Source of the DNA: Antedon mediterranea
Taxonomy: Eukaryota > Animalia > Echinodermata
Direction of reading: 5' to 3'
Length of the DNA stretch: 64,000 nucleotides
Assembly: GCF_964355755.1 (NCBI RefSeq)
Contig: NC_092678.1
Span: 2,682,422-2,746,421, forward strand
A program made the position numbers and the translations under genes. Positions 11,425 to 23,671 of this stretch are shown one piece after another (positions within the stretch are counted from its first letter, which is position 1; each line of letters begins with the position of its first letter). The notes below the pieces were generated by a model. The model was not told the DNA's origin, ran no database searches, and saw nothing but the letters and a program-made list of their open reading frames with translations.

Positions 11425-12510
11425 GGGTGTCACGAAAGCTCAGACCACGAAAGCTCAGACCCCCTAAGACCTAAGATCACGAAAGCTAAGACCCAACACC
11501 TAAGATTACAAATATTTACCTTTCGCACCTGCCTTGTATTTTAACTCCCAACATTTATTCTGAATACCACACCTTAGAATTGGCACTTTCATGAAAAAGA
11601 ATCACATAAAAAGTAACAAATACATTTTTAAATTGATGATTTTACAGACGTTTTTCTCGCACACAAAATGACTAGCCTACAGTACAGTAGGCCTACCCCA
11701 TGGGCCATGTTCAATGTTTTTGTTTCTATGGAACGTCAAAAGAGCAAAAATTATATAGAGGGCTGAAAACTCTGTGGAGTCCATCTACAGTGTGGATGGA
11801 ACAATGTAAAATTAAAATTGTAATGATAATAGTATAATCATGCAAGTACGAAGAAATAAATACTGGCAAATAAATTTTAATTTAAAAATCATGATAAGTT
11901 TTTTTGTTTCGTTTTCTTTCTGTTTTTATACTTGTACTATTATTGTTGCTCTTTTGGCGCTCCATAGAAACAAAAACATTGAGCATGGGGAGCTCGAGGA
12001 GTTACATTGTCATTACAGTATACAAAGAAACACATCTGTAAAATCATCAATTTAAAGGATTTATTTATTTGTTATTATGTGTTTCTCCTTCTGAAAGTAC
12101 TTATAAGTCCTAATTTTAAAGTGTGGTGTTCAGGATAAAGTTAGTCAACAAATTTGGAGTCAAAATACAAGAAAGGCAGGTGCGTAAGAAAAACATCCTC
12201 TGAACCAACACAATGGAGTAAATATATACCAACAAACAACCCGTCAAGTTTGTTTGTTGTAAAGAAAAAATATACATTTACTCAACGGGCGAAAATAATG
12301 TGAGTTTATCTATGTTTTGCGGTAGTATTAAATTATATTTATGGTAATAAATGAAACCTACTGTGTTTAAAATTATGTATGGATAAACAAGTATTGTTTT
12401 TAAGCTGTAGTATATCTTAGTATTTGTAATCTTAGGTGTTGGGTCTTAGCTTTCGTGATCTTAGGTCTTAGGGGGTCTTAGCTTTCGTGGTCTGAGCTTT
12501 CGTGACACCC
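11425..12510. mobile_element. Non-autonomous Mutator-like DNA transposon, copy 2 (inverted relative to copy 1)
   Basis: Same TIR family; exact 10-bp TSD AACTTTACAA at 11415-11424 and 12511-12520; the interior is the near-identical reverse complement of 9507-10569. Confidence 0.88.
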
Positions 12511-12987
12511 AACTTTACAACTTACAATTTACCTGATCAGAACTGGAATTGAACTCACACCTCTCAAAAGTAAGAGTTTTAGCCACCAACTAATTTTTCA
12601 AATAATAAGTATGGATATAGGTTTTACAATTTGCTAAAAAAAATACTTAAATTGCAATTTTGACAGTTTTTATTTGAAATTTGTCCAGCAAAATGTCACG
12701 CTTTAGTTATAACGTAATTCCAGCAATTACTATTTTTTAATTTGTTGGTAAAAAAGGCCTTGTACAAGTGCAATGATTAGTTTGCATTGCATAGATTTGT
12801 TCTTTGTTTGCGTTTGTTAGTGGGTGGGCGAGTGAAAGTTTTCAAGGGCAATTTTAACACCAATTTTCATTTTATTACTATTCCACATTCCTTTTATTTT
12901 AATCAATTTTAAAATTTTAATGAAAGAAATGTTTTCTTAATGAACTAGGACAATTTTCATCCTCATCATCTTCCTTCAAAAAAAAGT

Positions 12988-13081
12988 TCCCAAATATGGT
13001 AGTGATATGCCCAAATATGTTATATGGGTACATCACATTTTTGTCACATAGTCATAATAGTTTGATAGTGTAGAATGAGCT
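12988..13081 (+). mobile_element. Partial copy of the AGCTCTGTCTACAC MITE family
   Basis: CCCAAATATGGTAGTGATATG core and a degenerate right TIR (TTTGATAGTGTAGAATGAGCT). Confidence 0.7.
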
Positions 13082-13614
13082 AAAAGCTGTCACCAGATAG
13101 CCCTTATTCGTCTGTCCACATCAGCATTGATTGACATACTGCTGTAACCAGTGCATTGGGGTAACCCTACTCTTTCTGAAAATACACTGGTTTCTTCAAA
13201 GTACATGTGCCAGATGTGTACACTGGATCTACAGTTTCGTTATAAATTGTTACTGTTATGTAACTTTGGTGTAAAACAGTAATGTAATGTTTTATTGGGA
13301 AGTTCATATGTAAACTATGTAATTTACATGTTACAAATCTCTGTGTTTCAGCGAAGTTCAAGATGTTTCTTCTCTAGCTTTGTGTTAATAGATTAGAAAA
13401 TACTCTAGGCACTCATTAAGGTTTTAACCTGCCTGTTTAATTGAGTTTAACAAGCTTCTCGGGGGAATTGTGACATTTTAAATGAATTTTAAAGCATGTT
13501 TCGTGACATTTCGCTGGACTTTTAAAATGGTACCAGATGCTGCTGCTGCCAGGCAGTAGCATTATGTACATTATTAAATACAAACAATGTTGTGTTTACA
13601 TTTCTTGTACATTA

Positions 13615-13843
13615 GGGTCTGTTTCTGCTGCATAGCACCGAATAAACGATTATATAAAAAATTAAATTTTTATATCGTCTGCATTTCTGCTCAATTTTTG
13701 CTCCAATTATAATTTAGATTATTGGGTGGTCAAATTACCCAAAATGCAATTGGTCCTGGTGGTTAATTCAAACATTGCAGTGTAGTTGACATGAGGTCAG
13801 CAGCTGTCAATCAAATAATTTTTATGCAGCAGAAACAGGACCA
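13615..13843. mobile_element. Harbinger/Tourist-like MITE (TIR GGTC(C)TGTTTCTGCTGCATA), TTA TSD
   Basis: Inverted repeats at 13615-13634 and 13823-13843, flanked by TTA on both sides; related remnant near 22906-22987. Confidence 0.7.
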
Positions 13844-14468
13844 TTAGTATACATTCCACTTCAGTGTTAACTTAAAAATTGTATTGTACTTGTACAGTAG
13901 ATTGAACTATTCATGTCGTATTAATGATTTGGTGATTTTCGTTAATAAATAAATATTATAACATGGGTTCAAGGATGTAGCCATGCCGAAATGAGTCACG
14001 TGTGTGCGCTCTTTATTTTTTCACTATCATGTATGGAGTGCAAAAATATTATATTTGTTTAATAATATATAGTCATAGTTTTCGTAACAAAGAAAAGTCA
14101 CCTTTCTAAATTAAGGCATTACTCATTACAAAAAGTCGACAGTGGCGTTACCTCTCGGAAATTAAAGTTTTTACGATTCAATTTTGAGATTTCAGTCCGT
14201 GTAAGACAATGCTCACAAGATTAAGCCACGTGTAATTTGATGTTAATTGGTGCTAATTTGTCGCTAATTTGTCATTAATTTCAGAATCTCCACCGACAAA
14301 TTAATGACGTGTTCATCAGGTGAGATATGCCAACGGCAACATTAAGATTAAAAATTACAAGTTAATTTGTCTGCAAATTGATACAAAGTGTAGGAAGTAT
14401 ATGTTTTCATTTTTTTCTTGTTAACATTAACTACTGTAAATAGTAATATTACAATTTAAGTTGACTTA

Positions 14469-14604
14469 AGCTCTGTCTACACTATCAATTCAAACTAGTG
14501 TGATGTGCCCAAATAGTGTAGTATGCCTAAATATGGTAGTGATATGAGGTCATAGTATTCATCACATTTTGTTTCACATAAAGTTTGATAATGTAGACAG
14601 AGCT
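14469..14604 (+). mobile_element. AGCTCTGTCTACAC MITE family, full copy with TTA TSD (PIF/Harbinger-like)
   Basis: TTA|AGCTCTGTCTACACTATCAA ... TTGATAATGTAGACAGAGCT|TTA. Confidence 0.85.
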
Positions 14605-14634
14605 TTATTTATCCCTCCTTTGGATCCCTATTTA

Positions 14635-14851
14635 GGAGACACCACTTTTAAGGGGACACCACTTTTAAGGGGACACCACTTTTAAGGGGACACCACTTTT
14701 AAGGGGACACCACTTTTAAGGTGACACCGCTTTTAAGGGGACCGGGACCCCACTTTTAAGGGGACACCACTTTTAAGGGGACACCACTTTTAAGGGTACA
14801 CCACTTTTAAGGGGACACCACTTTTAAGGGGACACCACTTTTAAGGGGACA
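14635..14851 (+). repeat. 17-bp minisatellite (GGGGACACCACTTTTAA, ~12 units)
   Basis: Directly visible tandem array; the unit resembles the subterminal repeats of the decayed element at 17040-17209. Confidence 0.95.
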
Positions 14852-15093
14852 GTTGTAAAATGAATGAGGAACGTATGTTTTAAACTAACCCCTACTGTAT
14901 TAAGGGGAACTTTATTGGGTACTGAAGGGGTTCTACTTAGCAAGTTAAACCCTTGAATCATATCATGGAAGTTTACTTCCTTAAATCTACCCATGAAAGT
15001 TTAAAGTTCAAAGCTGAGGTAAAAAGGGGCTACCAAAAGGTGAAAGAAAACTGGGTTGAAATTTTTTAAAGTAGATCAGGTCACATGTCATCT

Positions 15094-15772
15094 TAAGATC
15101 ATGAACTGTAATTCAATTACAATATCTGGATTAATTAATGAATATTTATTATTAAAATTGTTTATTATTATTCATTAGATTAATATTTGGAATACATTTA
15201 TAAGTAACATTCAGTATTTAATTCACTAAATCTAGTGTAAAGCTGGGATATTAAAATATTCATTTGCATGTTAAGGTTTAATACACTTAACATTCAATAT
15301 TAATTTTAATATAAAGTTCATTTATGTTTTTAACAGTTATAACTTTATCATGTACTTAACACTTACTGAGAGAGGCAACCATTCAATAGATAAAGTCATC
15401 TTGTTTTTCCCCGATCCATTACCTAAGATCATGAACTCTAATTAAATTACAATATCCGGATTAATTAATTAATATTTATGATTAAAATTGTTTATTATTA
15501 TTCATTATAGATTTAAGTACATGTTTAATACATAAAGTAACATTCAATATTTAATTTACTAAATCTAGTGTAAAGCTGGGATAATTAAATATTTATAAAT
15601 ATTTTACAAAATGATTGTTGGTTATTTAATCATTGTGATTATCTAGGTCAGTGTTTCCATGTAAAGGTTTAATACACTTAACATTCAATATTAATTTTAC
15701 TGTTTTTTTTTCAAGTTCTTATACGTACTTAATAGTGGTTGAACCTAATTATGTACTTAACGGGGACTTAAC

Positions 15773-15811
<39 letters not shown>

Positions 15812-15825
15812 AGGTCAACCATTCA
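15094..15825 (+). repeat. Diverged tandem duplication (copies start at 15094 and 15424) with a (GA)n microsatellite at ~15776-15807 in copy 2
   Basis: Shared collinear blocks: TAAGATCATGAACT, CTAAATCTAGTGTAAAGCTGGGATA, AAGGTTTAATACACTTAACATTCAATATTAATTTTA, ATGTACTTAAC, CAACCATTCA. Confidence 0.88.
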
Positions 15826-17039
15826 GAAATCTTAACGATAATTTTGTTGATAGCTACTGTAATCATCAGTATTATATAGGGATATTTTACCTGAATAATT
15901 CTGGTGTCATGTGGCTGAATTTTAGGACCACAAATTTAGCTTTTTAAAAAGTTTTAAAGGAGTTTGGAGTACTGTAGAGTGGGAGACTCTTAGTCTTAAA
16001 TTCATTTTATTTTAAAGTATTAAATGCTATTTAATGTTTCTTTAAGTGCCTGCATTTTTAAACGGTAGGTTTCATTTCGGAAACTGCGCTCATGTTGTCA
16101 GGATGCGAGCAATTATAAATAGCTGATTATGTATTAACTAGCGGCAATATGTGCCAGTATAAGGGAAGTAAACATCTAAAAATATTAAGTCTGATAATTA
16201 TTAATAATCCAACAACATTGAATAAAATCTCCCTCTTTGTAAATATAACTCATGCCATGTTGACTTTGGTCTAACCCACTTGGTGAGAGCTAACAACAAA
16301 ACTGTGTAGATCTTTGTGCTATAAAAAGTTTTCCAATTCTTAAGTCAAGGTATTTTGATTTATAAATTGTGTAGGGTCATCTTTCAAGTAACAGATTTCC
16401 TAGTTGTTTGCTTGAGTTATCAAATTTTCTCCTGGACTGGTATTTTGAAAAGTTATTTTTGTAGTTGTAAACAATTGTGGAAATAAAAAACTCCAAAAAA
16501 AACATATAAAAAAACTATAATATAAATCAATCAAAACTGTTTATTCCTTTTATATAGTCAGCAAAAGCTAGTGCATTGATGATGCATCCTATACGTGTGC
16601 CACAATTAACCATCACTCACAATTAAATATGACACAGTATAAAAAGTATACTTGTGGTTGGACACAGGATGTTGTAGATAATTGTACATAAGCAGTTGGT
16701 GTAACTTACCTTGTATTATTCAATGATAAAGGAAGTATTCAGGCTAGTATTAAATTGGCTTGTAGCTCTTAATATTGGCAAATTAAATTATCTATCTAGT
16801 ATTACAATACTCTGGGATAGCAATCAAGGAGGTTGTGTTTACACTTGCGTTACAAGCGACAGCCCTGACAATTCATTTACCTTATTTTCTCAAGCCATTG
16901 GTCATAGTTCACTGCATAAGCCGGCCCAAATCTAAAAGCTGCTCCTGGATTCACGTAGAGAGGTGGTCCAGTTCTGAATTTCAGGATCAGCGTAGTGTTA
17001 TCGATTGCATGTGTAAGTAGGTCAAAGTATCTTGTTAGG

Positions 17040-17209
17040 GATGTCCTGAAATGGGATGGCTGTAGTTTTAAACATAATTCCTCCTTGTTCGTGAGAAAGT
17101 GTCCTCTTAATAGAGGTGTCCCCCTGAATAGGAGTGTCACCATGACTAGAGTGTCTCCTGAATAGAGGGGTCCCTTGAATAAAGGGGGTCCCTTGAGTAG
17201 AGTCTACTG
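17040..17209 (-). mobile_element. Decayed Tc1/mariner-type MITE end with ~17-bp subterminal repeats
   Basis: Repeats of GTGTCCCCTGAATAGAG ending in CTACTG|TA; similar patches near 23685-23730 and 54530-54615. Confidence 0.55.
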
Positions 17210-19208
17210 TAGGCTCTGTGGAAGAAAAATATTTGTGGGAGGGTGGACGACCTAGAAAGTGGGTCTTCCGTGGAGACTACAAACCTTTAGTATCTCACAG
17301 CATGGAAGTTATTGTACTTCATGTTTTATAGTATACAGTGCAGAGTTTTTCTTGGGTTGGGACTGAATTTTAATTTGCATAGGTGGAACTATTAAGGGTC
17401 GGGTCAGTGACCTTGAAGGTGTGTCACTCTTTTTCTCCTTACAAAAACTTAGCTATCTCTGTTGTAACCCCTTCCTTTGTAACCTTTAAGATGTGTTGCT
17501 ACTGCCAGTCCTGATTTATGTTACAGCTGCTGGCTGAGGTACTGTACACTCATCATAATGGTATTACCACACAAGCCATATGACTGTAAATTACTTATTA
17601 TATAATTATCACATTCTGTCTGTAATAATTTATTTAATATTCAATGTTTAGTTTGTATGTTGCTTGTGTCATGACTAGGTTCTGTACCACACCACTAACT
17701 TTGAGTATTAAATTGATGGAATATAACATTTTCTGTAGCATGTTCTTCCATGGGGTCATCTCATGTGCTTGGTTGCCACTTATAGGCACCCTTTTTGGCA
17801 ACAGGAAACATCATTCTTTATAGAACCTATGATGAATACCCATTGGTTTCTTGTTACATTTGTAGTACCCATCATAGCTTTTTTCCAGTTTCTAATAATG
17901 GCAAGCCAAGTCTGCCAAAATTAATCGAATTGTAATATCCACACCATGGTCATATCCTTCAGTAACATTGCTTTGCCAATCTGGTTGAACGATTGTGAAA
18001 TACTACTTTTTTTACAAATATCTGATATTATAGAAATTTGTAAAGAGCAATAAAAGTCATCTGCAGTAATTCTATGCAGTCACGCAACGAGTGCTGGTTC
18101 TATTGTTTGTTGTTTGCAAACAATATAGCTGTTTGTTTTGTATTGTAAGTGCTATTGTAAAATGATTATTATTCTAAATTAGCACAGTAAACAGTATGTG
18201 TATAGGAATGATTTTTACTACCCGTTCTGCTAGCCAAAAATTGCCAGTTATAACCTTAAAAGTCCTACTACAAGCCACGTAGAAGGGACTAGACTTAGCC
18301 CCATCAGCTACTGTCTAAGGTATGGTTATTAAATATTTTTTATTAAGCCGGATAGCATAAGGTGTGGCCTAAAGAATGGTTAAGTATTTAATGATTTTAA
18401 TCAAGTATGTATGGGTGTGCCTAACAGACAGATTCCAATCTAACACTCGGATAAGATGAACTGTGTGACATTCGTGATCCATCACCCTCACAATACCAAT
18501 CTTGATCCATTAGTCTCAATCCCAGATTAGGCACCATGAACTCTCATTATCATCTCTCAATAGGTGTCTGTCTATTTTTGATCCAGCATTTTCAATTTAT
18601 AGCGAAATTTGGGGATTTTCGCGACGCTCCTTTAGGCAGTCATATTCAAGGGAACGGAAGCATTAGGAAACAGTTACCATGGGGTAGCTTGTAGTTTACT
18701 ACGACTGAAAAAATGGGTAATTGGAAACTCGGACTGAGCACAACCTCAAGAACGTCTGAGAAAAGAGAGTCTATGAAAACATTTGCTGATAAATATTGAG
18801 ATTTCTTGTTAAACATGCATTTGGTACATAGGATCGTTGGTAATAATTTATCAATATGAATTTCAGTATGTGGGTTTAACATTTGATTATTATGATATCA
18901 CAGATTATAGAATTTGACAATCACAGAATATGAATTATTCAGAAGATATTTAAAATAATGCTAAATTATTCAAGATAATCAAAGTCCAATTCCTGAGCTT
19001 ATTATGGAATTTGTTTACATAAATAAATTTATTATTATGACACAGCTTTACTATAACGTAAATTTATCCTACAGTATTAATTTTAATATTTTATTTTGTC
19101 ATGTCATGAAATGATGTGTGGTAATAGTTGCTAGTGTTTCTTTACTTTATTACTATACTATGATTAACTTTAGAAATTTTATGTTATTGTTCTACAGTAG
19201 TAATTACA

Positions 19209-19400
19209 TGCAGCGTTGCGGAGACGATTCGTTAGGACACTTGTGTACAATGCAGAAAGACCCGGGTCCAATTCATTATAATTCAGAATAACTCGCAGTC
19301 AACTCTGCAGCTGTAAATGAGTACCTGGTTGAAAATACTAGGGAGGATAATGTGGCCTGGAAATGAGCTCCTAACAGCTCATTCCTGGCATTCAGAAAGA
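19209..19400 (+). mobile_element. Degenerate tRNA-derived SINE (central motif CAGCTGTAAATGAGTAC)
   Basis: Collinear with the reverse-strand copy at 50207-50383 (GCAGAAAGAC..GGT, CAGTC.ACTC, CAGCTGTAAATGAGTAC, TAGGGAGGATAA). Confidence 0.62.
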
Positions 19401-21491
19401 ATATGGGAGTGACTAACCATTAACTTTGACAAATGCAAACCTGCTAATGAATTTGGGATAGGCCTCTCCCTGGTGGTTTAACCCATTTTCAAATTTGGAA
19501 TAATGAGACTCTAAATTGATTCTCATGTTGCCAATGTGGAGGTTTCTAATCATAAGTGTACTATGAATAATTTGTATTTTAAATTTCAAGTTGTTTCATT
19601 TCAGATTTTGAAAGATAGACGAGTTGGAGACAACCTGTGCTTTTCAAGTAGATGAAGACGATTAATCGATAATTCCAGGTAAAAGAAATTGAATAACCTT
19701 CCCAATGGGAATACATTGAATACAAAATACATCAATAATGCTATTGCTTTTAATATCCATATCCTAAATAATTTTAGCATAAATTTAAACACTGCCATGT
19801 GTTTCACTGCTCACTTTTAGTGCTCTGTGATAATTTATAGAATTTGTTCTTCCATGGATTTTATACTAAAGCAAGTTTCATAAATTTCTAGAGAAAAAAA
19901 ATATTGCTAGTTCTTGTATTTCTACAGCTTTTTTCATTGACTTGTGCGTACACAACAGTATGGTTTCAATGTTCTAATTGGGAAAGTAATTCCCAGAATA
20001 TAATAATTAGCTGAAAACACTTTGACGAAAGAAACTATGTGTAGGTTTAGTCCCATTAACGTAATTTCATCTCGCGACCCTGCCTTTATCTCTGAAGTCC
20101 GTAATCCAATCTTGCAGTCTACACGCCGAACTTGTTTTAATTGTTTTGTGTTAATTGGCGTGACACAGGATTAACGACTTGTTTTTATCATCTTGAATTC
20201 CAGCCATTCAAAGGGGACGTTAGTGAGTTATGGTTTTGTTTATGCTAGCCTACAAGCAGTAATTATGTGGTAGTATTATGCTTATTATGAGAGGCTACAT
20301 CAAGGTAGTGACAGTTGGAAGGCTAGCTAGCATAGCAGACAGATTTCGTTAATCCATAATCAAATTTCAAACATCCAACTCCTTATCAAAGTTATTAGGG
20401 CATGCCCATGATGACACTCCAATTAGGAGGTCTTAGTAGGCAGGTATTGTTTAATGGCCCTGCTTGAGCAGTTTAACAGTGTGCCATCTGTGGTTTCTTT
20501 TGTTTCTTTATTATTTCTCTGCACCCACAAAATATTCTTCCCACTCTTTGAAAATACAGTCCCATATAAAATGCAATTTGTTTTTTTATTTTGGAAAGCG
20601 CACAATAACATCATTATGCAGTTGTACAACAATGTCTTTTTGGCGTTTAATAATGTTGCAGCTATGATGATCATTATATAGACCGTTACTTACCACCTTT
20701 TGACTTTCAAAGTGATATTTTTATGCAAGCATTTCCTCATAATTTTAAAGTCAACATCAATCAATTAAATTGATTTAACAGTTTTATTTTAATCCAATTA
20801 TAAACATTTTGTATAAACATAAGTATTGATTTTTGTAATATATCCCGACAATTGAGCTGGTGTGCATTGTTCAGAGGGATTAGAGCGCCAATTGAACTGA
20901 CAGAACTGTCAGTTGTCATGCTAAATAAGGCCTGGTAACCTAATTTTGTTATGAGGGGTGTAAAAATGATTCATAACAGAATTTAGCTGAATATTCCAGA
21001 TTGCACTAGCCCTACTACAACGTGAACTGTATTCACCCCAACATAAAAAATGTGTACAGAATTTATACAGTATACATTATTGGGTTAAAGAAACCATCAA
21101 TTGTATGTAAAAAATCCACCTCAACACTAAACATGTGCATTATATTGTTATTCCTGAGATAAAAAGAAGCCAATTTAATTTTAATTGGTAAATATTCTAT
21201 TTTAAAATATAAGCAAAATGAAACATTGTTTTACTTTGGAATAATTTTTAAATAACATTCCTTGAAAAGGTTATGACATTTTGAAGTCATGAATATTTGT
21301 ATATATTTTTTTCAAAACATATCAAATTCGGATAAGATTAGTAAAGCAATTTATCAAAATTTGTCATGTTGAATATCTTTATTCTGATAACATTTCAAAT
21401 GGAATTCCTTATTTATGACTTTAGTAAAACAGTACAAATAAATTTGCATTCAAATTATATTTGTGGAAATAATGACGCTTCCCCTTTGTAA

Positions 21492-21686
21492 AGGTCTGTC
21501 TACTCTATCAAACTAGTTTGACCAAAAAAATGTGCCCAAATATGGTGGTGATATGCCCAAATATGGTAGTGATATGCCCAAATATGGTAGTGATATGCCC
21601 AAATATAATAGTGACGATGTCATCGTCTCCATATGGGCACATCACATTTTTTTTGTCACATAAAGTTTGATGATACTGATAGAGCA
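21492..21686 (+). mobile_element. AGCTCTGTCTACAC MITE family copy with an expanded internal 21-bp repeat
   Basis: Family left TIR; TGCCCAAATATGGTAGTGATA repeated about 4 times (21533-21615). Confidence 0.82.
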
Positions 21687-23019
21687 TTGCACATGACCCA
21701 AATGTTGGGTCTATGCCTCCCCTACTGTACTTATCAGGAGTTTGGAATATCTCGTGTAGAGATTTTCTTTTTCTTTAACATTTATCTCAGTACTAATTAG
21801 AATATTGTGATAAATTTACTTGATTATCGCCTGTCTGTCTGTCTGTCTGCAGATGCCGATCAATTATATTCTGTTGGAAGATACATTAATAAAGATTGTC
21901 TTTCACTGGTTAGTCAGCCTAAATGTCATTATTATGAGAGATTAATTAATTGCAACATTGATGAGACCCACATTTCCATTAGGTTTATTGAACTTTAAAT
22001 GTTAAGGTGCTATTGTAACCTACATGTGATCAAGACAGGCTAGCTGTCATGTACTGTACTTCATATAAATAGTACTGTGTAAATATATCATATGAGAATT
22101 GCATTTTGTATTGTTACCTGATCTAGTTGTATGGTAGTGTACCATTTGTATCTTTTTCCCGGATTTGCTGACATCCGACATTTCTTTGTTTTTATGAAGA
22201 CAAAGTTTCTTGTATCTTGTAAGTTTCTTGTATGTTTCCATCTAGCAAATATAACATTTTTTAGTAATTTATTTTGAATTCTTTCCAACTGTAAATATAT
22301 GAGCATTTTGCACTTGTCTTGTTTTACCTCATCTACAGTAGATAGCATGTAACATTTTTAGTTACCGGTATTTGTTTTTAACACTTTATGTTCTTTCCAC
22401 TTTCGTCCTCAGTAGTCGGAAATCAAATTGTTAAACAATGTATTGCCATTTGCATTTGGTTACCAATATTTTTGCCATTTCTTTTCATTCGTTTAGTTTT
22501 CTACGTCATGGGTCTGAATTCTGAAGCTTTCCACGCTCTCATACCAAACATGTACAGTACCCCTTATAATGATACTCAAACTAATCTGAGAGTTTTGTCC
22601 TTCTTGTCACGGAGACTGACCTCCCATTAGAGGCTGACATCATGTATGGACGCAATGTTTTCAAATGATGCTGGGTGATTTTAAACACGTAGTGTATTCC
22701 ATTAAACGCCAACGATACTGATTAATGTTGTCACTTGATGTTATTTATGTGGAGTGTACTCGCGAATCCCTGTCAACACCTCGCTGGATTTGCTTATTGG
22801 ATTTGAATATTGATTGGAAATATGTATCTAATTACTGATCACCTACGTAGTACTTATTTTGACCCTAATGAAGCTTGGTCAAGGCCTTTATATTAGAATG
22901 CAATTGAGGACCTGTTTCTAGTGGAAAAAACAACTGGTTAGAGTTGGTGAATAAATTAACTGTTGTATTGTTTGCAGAAACAGGACAAATTCTAAATACC
23001 TGGTTAAAGGGTGTTCTAA

Positions 23020-23671
23020 GATGATAATTATAATATTTAATGTTTTCAATTTATAAAGCGCCTACTAACGATTATTGATCATAGCACTGTGGACTTAGAT
23101 GTTACACTTTTCAACTACATGCTTCTCTCCTAAGGGTCATGTCATGTCGGTGCTTCCAACTATGGCGCTGATTCATCTGTCTATAACAGTGGATGTGTCC
23201 GCTAGTACACCGGGGTAATCTCCTACTTGTTTCAAAGGATGTACTAGCATTTCGTGTACACTGGACCCACGGTTTTATAGTCTTTATCCAAGAGGACTTG
23301 TTCTACCACCAGAACCATGGATTGAATGAGCATTGAACCCTTGCCACTGTTATGACTAGGGATTATGGTTCTACTGTCTTAAGCCTGGTTTCCATAAAAT
23401 CGCTACACGACGGAGCGTAGCGATTGTATGGAAACGCTAGAATTTATCGGGGATCTAGTAAGCGAGCGCTAAATATTCTTTGGTACGCGTATACGATTCA
23501 TCGCTGACACAATCGGCAAAGTTGAACATGGTTAAACTTTGCCGATTTGACTGCGATGAATCGGGGAGCCTTCCCGATTGCGTCGGCGACATCTGCGTGT
23601 AGCGATTTTAATGGAAACGCTGTAGCGATTTTAATGGAAACCAGACTTTAACCACTTGGCCACTCACTCCC
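23020..23671 (-). mobile_element. tRNA-headed SINE with Deu-domain-like core and LINE-like tail, interrupted by a MITE
   Basis: The minus strand reads A-box TGGCCAAGTGG, B-box GGTTCAATGC, then GGATAAAGACTATAAAACCGTGGGTCC...AGTAGGAGATTACCCCGGTGT (resembles the AmnSINE1/Deu domain as recalled), and ends AGGCGCTTTATAAAT plus an AT-rich tail. Same family as 59055-59222. Confidence 0.75.
23382..23647. mobile_element. Harbinger-type MITE nested in a SINE head, TTA TSD
   Basis: TTA|AGCCTGGTTTCCAT ... ATGGAAACCAGACT|TTA. Removing it restores GTCTTAACCAC, the reverse complement of GTGGTTAAGAC in the uninterrupted SINE copy at 59071. Confidence 0.9.

Noticed and set aside
10148-12055. ORFs 10148-10366, 11326-11544 and 11840-12055 (two end in TSVKSSI)
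   Set aside because: They lie in the Mutator-like copies; the shared ending reflects the element's internal repeat structure, and there are no transposase motifs.
14635-14851. Regular repeat arrays (also 1211-1323 and 36735-36952) as CRISPR
   Set aside because: Head-to-tail units with no unique spacers, no cas genes, and a spliced eukaryotic context.
15651-15947. 98-aa ORF with an RE dipeptide run
   Set aside because: The run is a translation of the (GA)n microsatellite within a non-coding duplication.
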